Assembly (NCBI GenBank): GCA_964016885.1
Contig: OZ024755.1
Location: 24,986,001-25,050,000, forward strand
Length of the DNA stretch: 64,000 nt
Source of the DNA: Eledone cirrhosa
Taxonomy: Eukaryota
Direction of reading: 5' to 3'
Of this stretch, positions 14,540-27,134 are shown in pieces. A model generated the notes under the pieces. The model had not been told where the DNA came from. It did no database searches and was given only the letters and a program-made list of their open reading frames with translations. Each line of letters opens with the position of its first letter. Position 1 is the first letter of the stretch. The translations under genes were made by a program, and so were the position numbers.

Positions 14540-14546
<7 letters not shown>
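14285..14546. mobile_element. Fold-back P1-family element (PLE pLTR-like)
   Basis: Arms ~14285-14378 and ~14453-14546 are near-perfect reverse complements; same family at 16440-16800, 20159-20590 and 29750-29965. Confidence 0.85.
14442..14504 (+). ncRNA. Minimal type-I hammerhead ribozyme (P1 family)
   Basis: ATTTTAT-CTGATGA-AAGCGCACC..GGTGTCCTT-GAAA-TATGTA-TA-ATGAAAT. Confidence 0.75.
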
Positions 14547-14580
<34 letters not shown>

Positions 14581-14991
14581 AAGCAAAAATAAAATGCATT
14601 TTTTTGTAGCCTGTTTGTTTTCTGTATATAACTATATTTTTTTTATATTGCTTGTAGTGATTTTTGGTTTGTTATTAAAATGTGCGGTTTTTTGCTAATG
14701 TTTGTAATTTGAAATATCTTGGGATAGTTTAACATGATTTGCCAAGCAGCTAACTCCAGCTGGATGTAAACAGATTTCACATCAAAGGTGGTATTATACT
14801 AATACAACAACCACAAGAACGACGACAGCACCAACAATATGGATAATGAGCTCCCCCTCTTCCTCCTACTACGAAAATTACTACAACCATTAACACCAAT
14901 ACCACCACCGACACCGTGTTCAAGGATGGTGTTTTACAGCTGTCGTTGTATCTTCCAATTGTATAACTTCACATTGTGCCAGAAGTAGGAA

Positions 14992-15026
<35 letters not shown>

Positions 15027-15030
<4 letters not shown>

Positions 15031-15169
15031 ATAATAATAAATTTGAAGACTAAAATCCAAAGAGGGCTCGATAAGGGTAAATATATATCAAAACCGTAGA
15101 GCAAATATTTATTAACCCGTTAAGGGTGAAAGCAGCGATTCTTTGCTTAAACTTTAATCTGTTATTTTA

Positions 15170-15175
<6 letters not shown>
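15027..15175. mobile_element. P4-family short element in (TA)n with internal inversion
   Basis: Blocks AATTTGAAGACTAAAATCCAAAGAGGGCTCGATAAGG and ACAGATTAAAGTTTAAGCAAAGAATCGCTG recur at 15450-15620, 18115-18200, 50724-50890, 52240-52315 and 54940-55010. Confidence 0.7.
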
Positions 15176-15207
<32 letters not shown>

Positions 15208-15237
15208 AGATCAAAAGATGGTTAAAAGAGTTCCATG

Positions 15238-15300
15238 TATTTTATTATGCGCATTTCAAAAACAAATATCATCATGCAATAACATGTGTTTTCATCAGAT

Positions 15301-15306
<6 letters not shown>
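15238..15306 (-). ncRNA. Minimal type-I hammerhead ribozyme
   Basis: Minus strand: TATTTTAT-CTGATGA-AAACA..TGTTTTT-GAAA-TGCGCA(palindrome)-TA-ATAAAATA; stem I is a perfect 8 bp. Confidence 0.8.
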
Positions 15307-15339
<33 letters not shown>

Positions 15340-15702
15340 TGTTTAATATATATATATATATATGTCATGTTTAATATAGAAATGGCTTCTACGGGATTAG
15401 AACTGTTACATTGAAAAGAAATCATCAGGGCTTTCCTGATGTTTTCTTCAGAAGATCCCGTAATACGGCAGCGATTCTTTGCTTAAACTTTAATCTGTAC
15501 TACTAATAAATATTTGCCCTATGGATTTATATATTCTTTTTTATTATATATATATATATATATATATATAACCTTATCGAGCCCTCTTCGGATTTTGGTT
15601 CTCGTATTTATTATTACTATATATATATATATATATAACGAAGGAGGTGTGGTAAGGAACCAGATGGACTATAACGTATTTTCGATTTCTTTTACTTATA
15701 TA

Positions 15703-15960
15703 TATATATAAGTAAAAGAAATCGAAAATGCAACGAGTCTTTTTAAGAATATTTATTTGTTTCCGTTACCGGTTTCACAGTTCTTATATTTTTCAAAAGT
15801 AGAATTGAGATGAAGGATTTCGCATCTGATGCGAGAAAAACCACAAACCCTCCATCTCAATTCTACTTTTGAAAAGCATAAGAACTGTGAAACCGGTAAA
15901 GGAAACAAATAAATATTCTAAAAAAGACTCCAGCTGCATTTTCGATTTCTTTTCCTTATA
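15703..15960. mobile_element. Fold-back P2-family element with HHR-like 3' half GAAA-CCGG-TA
   Basis: Arms ~15705-15815 and ~15850-15960 are inverted; related sequence at 55600-55785. Confidence 0.75.
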
Positions 15961-16015
15961 CTTTCACTCGTGTAGGACATCTCGATTTTTTTATTTAAAA
16001 AAAAAACATCATATC

Positions 16016-16080
<65 letters not shown>

Positions 16081-16485
16081 ACCTTTCTTCGTTGTGAACG
16101 TGTCAGCTAGAGATTAGGTTAGAGTATGTGTTGCGTGAGTGGCGATGTTTAATGGATTAGTTATTCTATAGTATAGAGTTTGCACCCTCTGAAGAAAATG
16201 AACTAGAGCTGCTCTGATAAATTGAAAGTGTATATCGGTGTCTGTGGTCTGTGGTCTGTGTCTACAAGGCTATTTCTGCCTGGTATTTCCTTTCCTTTCC
16301 AAATTGAGCATCAATTAATGAAATTCTATAAATAAATTACTATATAAATCATTTTAAGCTAAAATCATTAGAAAAAAATAGTATTAAAAATACACATACA
16401 CACACATTGGTACACACACACACACATATATATATATATATCAATGATATTAATAAATGGAAACTATATTTATAAAACCATATTT

Positions 16486-16544
16486 ATTCTATTATATATA
16501 TTTCAAGGGTACCAAACCTTTGGTACGCTCTCATCAGATAAAAT
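16486..16544 (-). ncRNA. Minimal type-I hammerhead ribozyme (P1 family) within fold-back 16440-16713
   Basis: Minus strand: ATTTTAT-CTGATGA-GAGCGTACCAAA GG TTTGGTACCCTT-GAAA-TATATA-TA-ATAGAAT. Confidence 0.8.
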
Positions 16545-16840
16545 ACAGAGCTTGTTTTATAAATATTGACATATCCAGGAATGAGACCTTAACGGTTCAA
16601 GTTTTACCTGGATAGTAAATGAGAGCGTACCAAAGTTTTGGTTCTCTTGAAATATATATAATAGAATAAATATGGTTTTATAAATACAGTTTCCATTTAT
16701 TAATATCATTGATATTATACTCCAGAAAACTTGTCGAGTGCTTCGAATCTGTATAAATATATATATTCGTTGAATTACCAACAAATTAATTATCCCTTTG
16801 CTTATATATATATGTATATATATATAAGTAAATGTATATA

Positions 16841-16929
<89 letters not shown>

Positions 16930-16932
16930 GTC

Positions 16933-17061
<129 letters not shown>

Positions 17062-17064
17062 GTC

Positions 17065-17176
<112 letters not shown>

Positions 17177-17444
17177 AATCTATATATATATGTATATATA
17201 TATATATATATGTAAATCTATATATATATATGTAAATCTCTATATATATGTATATATATATATATATATGTATATGTAAATGTATATATATATGTATATG
17301 TATATATATATATATGCATATATATATATGTATATATATATATGTGTATATATATATGTGTATATATATGTATATGTATATGTATATATATATGTATATA
17401 TATATGTATATATATATGTATATATATATGTATATATATATGTA

Positions 17445-17491
<47 letters not shown>

Positions 17492-17494
17492 GTA

Positions 17495-17539
<45 letters not shown>

Positions 17540-17540
17540 G

Positions 17541-17571
<31 letters not shown>

Positions 17572-17600
17572 GTATATATATATATATGTATATATATATG

Positions 17601-17715
<115 letters not shown>

Positions 17716-17740
17716 GTATATATATATGTATATATATATG

Positions 17741-17773
<33 letters not shown>

Positions 17774-17774
17774 G

Positions 17775-17834
<60 letters not shown>

Positions 17835-17895
17835 TATATGTATATATATGTATATGTATATATATATGTATATGTATATATATATGTATATGTAT

Positions 17896-17962
<67 letters not shown>

Positions 17963-17982
17963 TATATACATATATATATACA

Positions 17983-18043
17983 CCTTTTCATCAAAGCAGA
18001 TATTATTTTACCTACCCAGGCAACGCTGGGTACTGCTGCTAGT
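17983..18043 (+). mobile_element. Helitron 3' terminus
   Basis: Hairpin TACCCAGGCAACGCTGGGTA followed 6 nt later by CTAG|T. Possible 5' TCTATATATA starts at ~17179-17240. Confidence 0.7.
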
Positions 18044-19870
18044 ATATATATAAAATTATTAGCACAGGTTAACAGTTTCAGTTTGAAAGCAAATTTGTGT
18101 ACTTAAACTCTTAATATACTAATAATAAATATTTGCTCTACGGCTTTTTATATATATAAAACCCTTCTCGAGTCCTCTCTGGATTTTAGTCTTCTTAATC
18201 GGTAGAGGGTCGGACGCCATGCTTTCCAGCATAGTTACGTCCCTTTACGATCTGAGTTCAAATCCCGCCGAGGTTGACTTTGCCTTTCATCCTTACGGGG
18301 TGGATAAAATAAAGTACCAGTAATGCACTGGGTAATTGCTTGCCTCGTGCCTAAAGTAGAAACAATTATTATTACTATCATACACACACACACACGTGTG
18401 TGTGTGTGTGTGTTTAGAAGTACGATATTTATTACTTAATTATGTAACTAAAAATAAGTAAACAAAAACTTTAGTAGGAAAGTTATTACATATTTATATT
18501 CCTGTAAATATAAATTAAAAACGAAACTCGTACATAGAAATATAGCGCCAGTATGTTTTTACGAGAAACAAATTGCAACATACATAGTATTTAAGAACTA
18601 ATCTAAACTATAAAATGCTGAAGAAAATTGAAAAACAAAATACTTATTTTAATACGTAGGTCTAATTGGTGTCAGAAGAGGGAATATATTTTATTTTTAC
18701 TTTTTATTTTTCTGTGAAAAAAAAAAAATTGAAATAAGTGTTTCGAGGTAAAAACTGAAGCCGAGTATATTAATATTTACTTTATTACAGCAATTGTGTT
18801 AAGAAATTTAACGAATTTCCGCTCTTAGCTTTTCATCCTCCCTCATATTAATTATTTGTTCCTGGGGGCGGGGGATTGGCAGTATCGGTAGAAGGTGGGA
18901 CGCCATACTTTGCAGCCTAGAGTTACGCCCCTTTATAGTCTGAGTTCAAATCGCGCCCAGGTTCACTTTGCTTTTCATCCTTACGGGGTCAATGAAATAA
19001 AGAACCAATAATGCACTGGAATAATTGTTGGCCTTGTGCCAAAAGTAGAAACAATTAATTATCTGTTCCTGAATTTATAAAAGAAAGATGGCGAATTTTA
19101 CAGTTTTATATTAAAAGCGCATCTTTTATATTACTATTTGTTTATACATTGTTAACATATTATCGTTTACTTTAAATATAGACACAATGAGTGTTTCATT
19201 TTTAGAATATATGTCAGGTATTATAGAATTAACCTCTACTTGTAATTTCTGAACAGATTTGCAAAATGCTTAACCGTTATTAGTAATAAACAATTCCAAA
19301 TTTATTCATGGAATCTACACTTTTTTAAGAACGCTAATATCTAACCTATTGGTTTACAGGCGAAATAAGTGATATTCGGTTTCTTCAGAAAACATTGTTG
19401 ATTATATAATCGCACACACACACACTCTCTCTTATATATATATGTGTGTGTATATATATATATATATAGGAAAAGAATCAGGACCCCGACGGCTGAGCTC
19501 CAGCCGTTTCGACAGCTAGATCCGAACTAAGCCAGCAGTATTAGAACGGCGGAAATTTAGCTGAACTTACCAAGGGGTACAGTCCATATATGGGCATGCA
19601 GTAAAAAAAACAAAAAAAAAACAAATATCAAAGCAATTAATCTTAAAAATTTGTTGTCTTTCTTGTCTGTCACGCAGAGTGGTCAATGATCTAAGATGTT
19701 ATGTACAAAGTCAAATTCCTTCCTAGCGGTGGGGGGCTGATACCAGATGGACCATAACGCACCAGAGTACTCAATACTTAGGGTAGTAGAGTGGGCAATA
19801 GGAAAAGAGTCAGGACCCCGACGGCTGAGATCCGGACGTTCATCTTTCTTGTTGAGAAGAAGACTGGATA

Positions 19871-19921
<51 letters not shown>

Positions 19922-19982
19922 ACTGCCAATACTGGAATTGAACCATAAAGACCGTTGAGGTGTGTCATACATCAATTCATGT

Positions 19983-20046
19983 ATTTTATCTGACGAGGAC
20001 GTACTGAAAAAACAGCACAGTACCTTCAAAGTATATATAATAAAAC
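19983..20046 (+). ncRNA. Degenerate minimal hammerhead motif
   Basis: ATTTTAT-CTGACGA-GGACGTACTG..CAGTACCTTC-AAA(G12 lost)-GTATATA-TA-ATAAAA. Confidence 0.5.
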
Positions 20047-20089
20047 ATATATTTTGATTATGTGAATGTCTTCATTTATTAATATTGTG

Positions 20090-20158
<69 letters not shown>

Positions 20159-20160
<2 letters not shown>

Positions 20161-20500
20161 CGATATTAAACAAATGGAAACTATATTTATAAAACCATAT
20201 TTATTTCGTTATATATATTTCTGGGATATCATATTAAAAATATGTTATGCCTTCCTCAGACAAAATACAATACATCAGCTGTTTTATAAATAATTAGTGA
20301 CATACCTTTTGAGAATGCAACTTCCTTTTAAAAGGAAGTTGCATTCTCAAAAGGTATGTCACTAATTATTTATAAAACAGCTTATGTATTGTATTTTGTC
20401 TGAGGAAGGCATAACATATTTTTAATATGATATCCCAGAAATATATATAACGAAATAAATATGGTTTTATAAATATAGTTTCCATTTGTTTAATATCGTA
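20159..20500. mobile_element. Spacer-less 342-bp palindrome of a P1 element, with a hammerhead on both strands
   Basis: 171-bp arms centred on TTTT|AAAA at 20329/20330, with one visible mismatch. Confidence 0.9.
20393..20456 (+). ncRNA. Minimal type-I hammerhead ribozyme (P1 family, covarying stem I)
   Basis: ATTTTGT-CTGAGGA-AGGCATAACATATT..AATATGATATCCCA-GAAA-TATATA-TA-ACGAAAT; mirror copy on the minus strand at 20203-20266. Confidence 0.7.
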
Positions 20501-20585
20501 AACCTACTCCAGAAACTGTCGAGTGCTTTTATATCAGTTATAAAATATTTACTCGTTGTAACCCAACAATCTTAAATAAAACTTT

Positions 20586-20654
<69 letters not shown>

Positions 20655-21244
20655 TAAGGGTGAAGAATAACATGGTCAACAGTACAAAAAGGGTTTTATT
20701 TACAGTGTTAATAATAGTTTCATTGATTAGGGTGTCTAAAAATTGCTAATCACTTGAAGTTGTGTCACTCAATTTTAAATACAATGTATGCTTAATTAAA
20801 TCATCGGAAAAACTCAAATCTCTCTTTATTTATATCGTAGCAGACACGATATAAATAAGGAGAGATTTGAGGTTGGAGACGACGATTTAATTGAGGAGGG
20901 GTAATTAAGGTAGGGTGGACAGGGAGGTGTTGGCAGTGGGTGATGGGTAGAGCTGTGTGAAGAAGAAGACGATAATGGGTGATAATGGACATAGCCATAA
21001 AGTTTTAACTGATCAGCGGGGAGGAAGGAAATGAATGTAAAGATGGGTTGCTGGGGGCTAAGTGAAAATGTTGGTGGGATTGACAGGATGAAGTGGTGGA
21101 TAGAGTATTCATATGTATACAATTAAACATGTACGCTCAAATACATAAATATACATACATATGAACGTATATACACAAATATAGATACTAAATACACATG
21201 CGGAGTCTTCCCTTATTTATATAGTGTCTGCTATTGAAACGTTA

Positions 21245-21297
21245 GTTCTTATCTGATGACCTTGTGATTAGCAGGTGAAATTCCATAGTAACAAGAC
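21245..21297 (+). ncRNA. Candidate hammerhead (P3 family)
   Basis: GTTCTTAT-CTGATGA-CCTTG..CAGGT-GAAA-TTCCATAG-TA-ACAAGAC; the downstream tail resembles the reverse complement of 3945-4050. Confidence 0.5.
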
Positions 21298-21372
21298 TCA
21301 CTAATTAGCCTTAATAAAATGAATATTAAAATTCTACTTCGGTATTGAGTACTCTTTTATCTCAACCGTCAA

Positions 21373-21406
<34 letters not shown>

Positions 21407-21625
21407 TTGACGGTTATATATATATCCAGAAATATATTTCAGCTGATGAACGGAACATACATTTCTGTTAGAATCGTCTAACTTCGTGAATGCTTGGGTA
21501 ATGGAATAATTATATTGTGTTGCTTATTACCGAATTAAATAGCTCTGTACTATACATGGAGCACTCTACTTTACCTTTACCTTTTCTACGAAAATACTTA
21601 ACATACTTACATACATACATGTATA

Positions 21626-21669
<44 letters not shown>

Positions 21670-21674
<5 letters not shown>

Positions 21675-22009
21675 TAGTAAAAAGGAAAAGAAAATGCTGC
21701 CAAATTTTTCCCAGTGAAAAATAGTTTAATTAGGAATAAGTATAAATTAGTAATAAGTATTGGTTAGTATTCAGTTTTAGTTTTAAGTTTTTACCGGTTG
21801 CGCATTTCTAATGCTTTTCAAAACAAACATCACGAGCGCTCTATCTCAAAATTATTTTTGAAAAGCATTAGAAATGCGCAACCGGTAAAAACTTAAAACT
21901 AAAACTGAATACTAACCAATACTTATTACTAATTTATACTTATTCCTAATTAAACTATTTTTCACTGGGAAAAATATGTCAGCATTTTCTTTTCCTTTTT
22001 ACTAATATA
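21670..22009. mobile_element. Fold-back element with ~154-bp arms and ~32-bp spacer
   Basis: 21670-21823 and 21856-22009 are near-perfect reverse complements; shares TTTTGAAAAGCAT and ACCGGTAAA with the P2 family. Confidence 0.85.
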
Positions 22010-22044
22010 TCACAACTCGTGTGTCACACCTCCATTTAAAAAAA

Positions 22045-22135
<91 letters not shown>

Positions 22136-22366
22136 TGATGTTATTTAAAGGTTAATTCGTCTTGAATACTTAAAAATCTCAATGAGCGAAATCTCTCAGA
22201 GAAGCAATATCATATATTAAAATTAAGTGATAAAAAACTAATTATGGGAGTAGAAAAACGATAGACAAAAACCTCGCTTACAAATAGATCTCCCTACCAT
22301 GGTTTCATATGGGGAAGAATTCTTATTGGAACCACCAATAATTTGAGAATCCGCCACAACTTTCCT

Positions 22367-22419
<53 letters not shown>

Positions 22420-22421
<2 letters not shown>

Positions 22422-22616
22422 CAAAGAGGGTGTGGTAAGATACAAGGTGGACCATAACGCACCAGAGTACTCGATGCTTGGGGTAGTCGAGTGGGTAATA
22501 TGAACAGATACAGGACTCCGACGGTTGAGCTACGTCGTTTCGACAGCTAGATCCGAGTTTGGATCTAGCTGTCGAAACGGCCGGAGCTCAGCCGTCGGGG
22601 TCCTGAATCTTTTCAT

Positions 22617-22663
<47 letters not shown>

Positions 22664-22860
22664 AAAATGTTCAAGACCCCGACAGCAGAGATCAAGCAGT
22701 TTCGACGGCTATTTCTTGAGTCCAGAAATAGCCGTCGAAACGGCTTGTGCTCTGCCGTCGGGGTGTTGAACATTTTCCTATTACCCACTCTACTACCCTA
22801 AGTATTGAATAGTCTGGGGCGTTATGGCCCACCTGGTTCCATACCACACTTCCTTCGTTA
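22420..22860. mobile_element. Two adjacent fold-back Family-T elements separated by (CA)/(TA)n
   Basis: Hairpins at ~22496-22615 and ~22660-22780 fold back just after GTTTCGAC(A/G)GCTA. Confidence 0.8.
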
Positions 22861-22957
22861 TATATATATATATATATGTGTGTGTTTCCTTATATATAAG
22901 GAAACACATGCGCCCAAAATCAAAAAGAAATATATATAGAGAGGAGTTGCAAAAATA

Positions 22958-23000
22958 GTCATTGAGAAGGCCACATAATGCATGCCGAAATAGGTTTGAT
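22958..23000 (+). ncRNA. Variant hammerhead-like motif of a diverged P5 subfamily
   Basis: GTCA-TTGAGAA-GGC..GCC-GAAA-TAGG-TT-TGAT, followed by the P5 tail CAACTGGTGCGTGTG.TTTTATTGGCA.CATGACC. Confidence 0.4.
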
Positions 23001-23188
23001 AATTAACAAACCATTTGTTTATTAAAATAAACAAGCAAAGGATTAGTTACTCGATTAGTAATAAAGCCAAACTGAAACCCAACTGGTGCGTGTGTTTTTA
23101 TTGGCATCATGACCTAGCAAAATATAAAAGTATCTCTTTCAAACACAATTTCACATCAATCATTTTACAAAAGAAAATACAAAAGTGA

Positions 23189-23223
<35 letters not shown>

Positions 23224-23291
23224 AATAGAACCAGTTTGAAAGTGGTTAAACCATTATAATATAAACTGGTTCTATTCTGATATATATAAAA

Positions 23292-23331
<40 letters not shown>

Positions 23332-23377
23332 TTTTATAACGAAGGAAGTGTAATAAGGAACCAGGTGGACCATAACG

Positions 23378-23423
<46 letters not shown>

Positions 23424-24194
23424 GGAAAATGTTTAACCCCGACGGCAGAGCTCAAGCCGTTTCGACGGCTATTTCGACGGCTATTTCTGTTCATATATAT
23501 ATATATATATATATATGACTTCTACATTAGAAATGTTACATTCCTCATGATTTTTCCCCATTATTTCATGTAGGTGGTGGATTGGCAGTATCGGTTGAGG
23601 GTCAGACACCATGCTTTCTAGCATAGTTATGTCCCTTTATGATCTGAGTTCAAATCCCGCCGAGGTTAACTTTGCCTTTCATCCTTACGGGGTCGATAAA
23701 ATAAAGTACCAGTAATGTACTTGTTAATTGCTGGATTTGTGCCAAAAAGTAGAAAATTATTTCATGTATGTACATATTTGTGTAAGTATATATGTATATC
23801 TGTTTGTCGCTCTGTATATATCTATGCATGTATGTGTGTACATATGTTTGCATGCACGCATGCATGTGAGAAGGTGTGTCTATGTGATGCATGCAAGCAA
23901 TGCTACATGAGATGGAAGGAATGTAGGTTAGATTCTTGTGTGTTTGAAATAATCTTCTTATTTTTAGTCTACCTTATAGACGACATTTCAATGTTTAAAC
24001 CGGCAACATGAACATAGAAGACATATCTATATAAATAAATAACAAAACAACTACAACAAAACATAACCTAATAAAATGAGAAAAAAATCTGCTGAACAAA
24101 TCTATAATGTGGATGTGATGACGTTGATGATAGTGATGTTATGGATGAGATGAAAGTGAGAGATGAAAAATAATGAAATTGGTAAAGGGGGGAG

Positions 24195-24355
24195 GGTGGA
24201 AGAAAAGAAGAAAAAGAAAAAGAAAAAGAAGAAAAAGAATTAGGATAAAAAGAAGAAACAGAAGAAGAAACAGTAGAAGAAACAGTAGAAGAAACAGTAG
24301 AAGAAACAGAAAAAGAAAAAGAAAAAGAGTAGAAGAAAGAGAAGAAGGTAGAAAA
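24195..24355. repeat. Purine-rich low-complexity repeat (AGAAGAAACAGT units)
   Basis: Visible directly. Confidence 0.85.
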
Positions 24356-24681
24356 GGTGTTAGAGTTGGCGGTAGAAGGTACGTTAAAGATGGCAGCAAC
24401 GTATCGGATGTTTTTTAAAGACGTGCGCCGTGATTCACCTCATAGCGCCTGTCGTGATGTACGCGGTTTGCAGTTTAGCTGCAGATGGCAATAAGCTGTA
24501 GTGAGCTGTATATGTTTTGCTAAAATCATTGTTGGGCTTTTGCCAAAGGAAAGACAAAAGCTGTAGGAGATATCTAATTTCGTTGTTTAGCACTAAACAC
24601 AATATACCCACACGTCATAACTACAAACTTTCATCTGATTTTCTTTGTGTGTTTTTTACAGTTTAGCATCTGCCTTTTGTA

Positions 24682-24731
<50 letters not shown>

Positions 24732-24778
24732 CACACATATATATACATATATATATATACACACACACACATATATAC

Positions 24779-24809
<31 letters not shown>

Positions 24810-24846
24810 TATATACATATATATATATATACACACACATATATAC

Positions 24847-24879
<33 letters not shown>

Positions 24880-24896
24880 TATACATATATATATAT

Positions 24897-24941
<45 letters not shown>

Positions 24942-24994
24942 TATATACATATATATATATACACACACACACATATATACATATATATATATAT

Positions 24995-25119
<125 letters not shown>

Positions 25120-25904
25120 TAAATTGTTTTGGGCGAAAGGAACATTTACAACATATAAGAGCAATATCAACTTCTAAACTCGTCAGTCGCCAAGCTGGAA
25201 TGGACGTCTGTTTGACTTTGGACTGGATTAAAGGCAAAATCATGGTCCAACTTAGGATGCCAGTGAATAGTGTAAATGTCTGTATTTCCTGTGAGGAACT
25301 TAGAGTCTATAGAGACCTCGGTTTCTGCTACATAGGTTCCGAGTTCAAATTCATCCAGGATCAACTCTATATTCCTGCATGGTTAAGACTGGCCCGGAGA
25401 AACAGTAAAATTTTCTAAAATATGTATGTATCACTAAGTACTCAAGTTTGACTTGAATGACTAAATCCTCACTCTAGCCCCTACCTCAATCCCACATCGC
25501 CAAACATTTGTAACCTTATGTTAATGCAATAAATCATTATTTTACCCACGTCACATATTTCTCTCATTTAAACCCTTCTTCGTCCCCTCCGTCATATCTA
25601 AAGCCCTCTGTTTGGCATCGGGGATGAGAAGGAGGACTGATAGATTAATGAGAGGTCCTTGAAAGGTGTGTAAGGATGGGTGATAGAAACTAGCGAACAT
25701 TCCATGACTTTCGAAATGAGAAGCATCGCATCTCTGTCCATATTTTCTTAATTCAAATGTTTGTGTGTATAAGTGTGTATGTATATATGTGTGTGTATAT
25801 ACACACACACAGACATATATATCTACATATGTATGAATTGGGTGTATTTGTGTGTGACGATATTTGTATATGTGTGTCTGTGTGTGTCTACATGTATGTG
25901 TGAA

Positions 25905-25953
<49 letters not shown>

Positions 25954-25956
25954 CTG

Positions 25957-26001
<45 letters not shown>

Positions 26002-26861
26002 GTGTGTTTGTGTGTGTGTGTGATTTGGGTGTATATGTATGTACGCCTACATCTATATGTATATATGTGTGTATGTGTGTATATAAGTATATTTATTTAT
26101 GTGTCTGTATATATGTATTTGTGTATGTCTACATGCATGAGTATGTGTGTATGTGTTTACATGATCTTATTTATGTGTTTATCTACGCGTGTATATGTTT
26201 ATTTTATATATGGGTATGTGTACATATATATATATGACTGCGTAAATGTGTGTATAAATGTGTTTTTGTTTGTATATGTGCAAGCGGTTCTTTTTGTTAT
26301 ATTTAAGAGATTTTTTTCTAGACGGAGCAGCCCGGGATGGGTGTGATGATGTATAAATTATTCAATATGTTTTTGGTATTTTTCTTTCAGAAATGGGAGA
26401 GAAGAACAGTGACACTGAAATAAAACAAAGAATTGAAAAACTACTAAATAAAATATATATATAAACGAGACAAAATCTCATAAATGATCCTCTTTTTCTT
26501 TCTTTATCTGCCATAGGGTAAACATAAATATATACAAAATGTTTAATTACAAAATAAGCCCTAACATTTCGTTTGGGGGGTCTACACAGACATACAATCA
26601 CACACAAATTATATTATATATATATATATATATATACACGTATTTATGTATATACATACACACACATATATATATATATACACACACATATACATATAAG
26701 TACATATACATATATTTATATATATAAGTACATATATAAATATATATATATATAAATATATGTATATACATATATGTGTATACATATATATATATGTGTG
26801 TATACATATATATATATATATACATATGTATGTATATATATATATATGTATGTTATGGCTT

Positions 26862-26906
26862 TTGTTACTCTGTTGTTTCATCTGAGCACACAAGATCGTC
26901 AGGCAT
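26862..26906 (-). ncRNA. Candidate degenerate hammerhead upstream of the PLE ORF remnant
   Basis: Minus strand: CTGACGA-TCT..AGAT-GAAA-CAACAGAG-TA-ACAA; stem I is poor. Confidence 0.3.
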
Positions 26907-27134
26907 GACTCTCGTTTGTCCGAAGACAGATGACACCCCATTGTAACAAGACTCAACACTTTGCCATAATACAGAATATTTATTAACTCGATTTCTGTAT
27001 TGATTACTCGCGTCAGTCAACATAACGTGGATTTATCTATCTATCTAACTATCTGTATATATATGTATGTTATGTATGTATGTGAACAGTAAACGAATAA
27101 ACAACACAGTGAATCAATACAGTACGACACAGAT

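Noticed and set aside
16183-16242. CTGAAGA..GAAA motif, and similar isolated CTGANGA at 2662, 21443, 25180, 48758 and 59853
   Set aside because: Stems or GAAA/UH spacing are unconvincing, and such 7-mers occur by chance
24173-24418. Arg/Lys-rich protamine-like ORF
   Set aside because: Polypurine low-complexity repeat with no independent gene evidence
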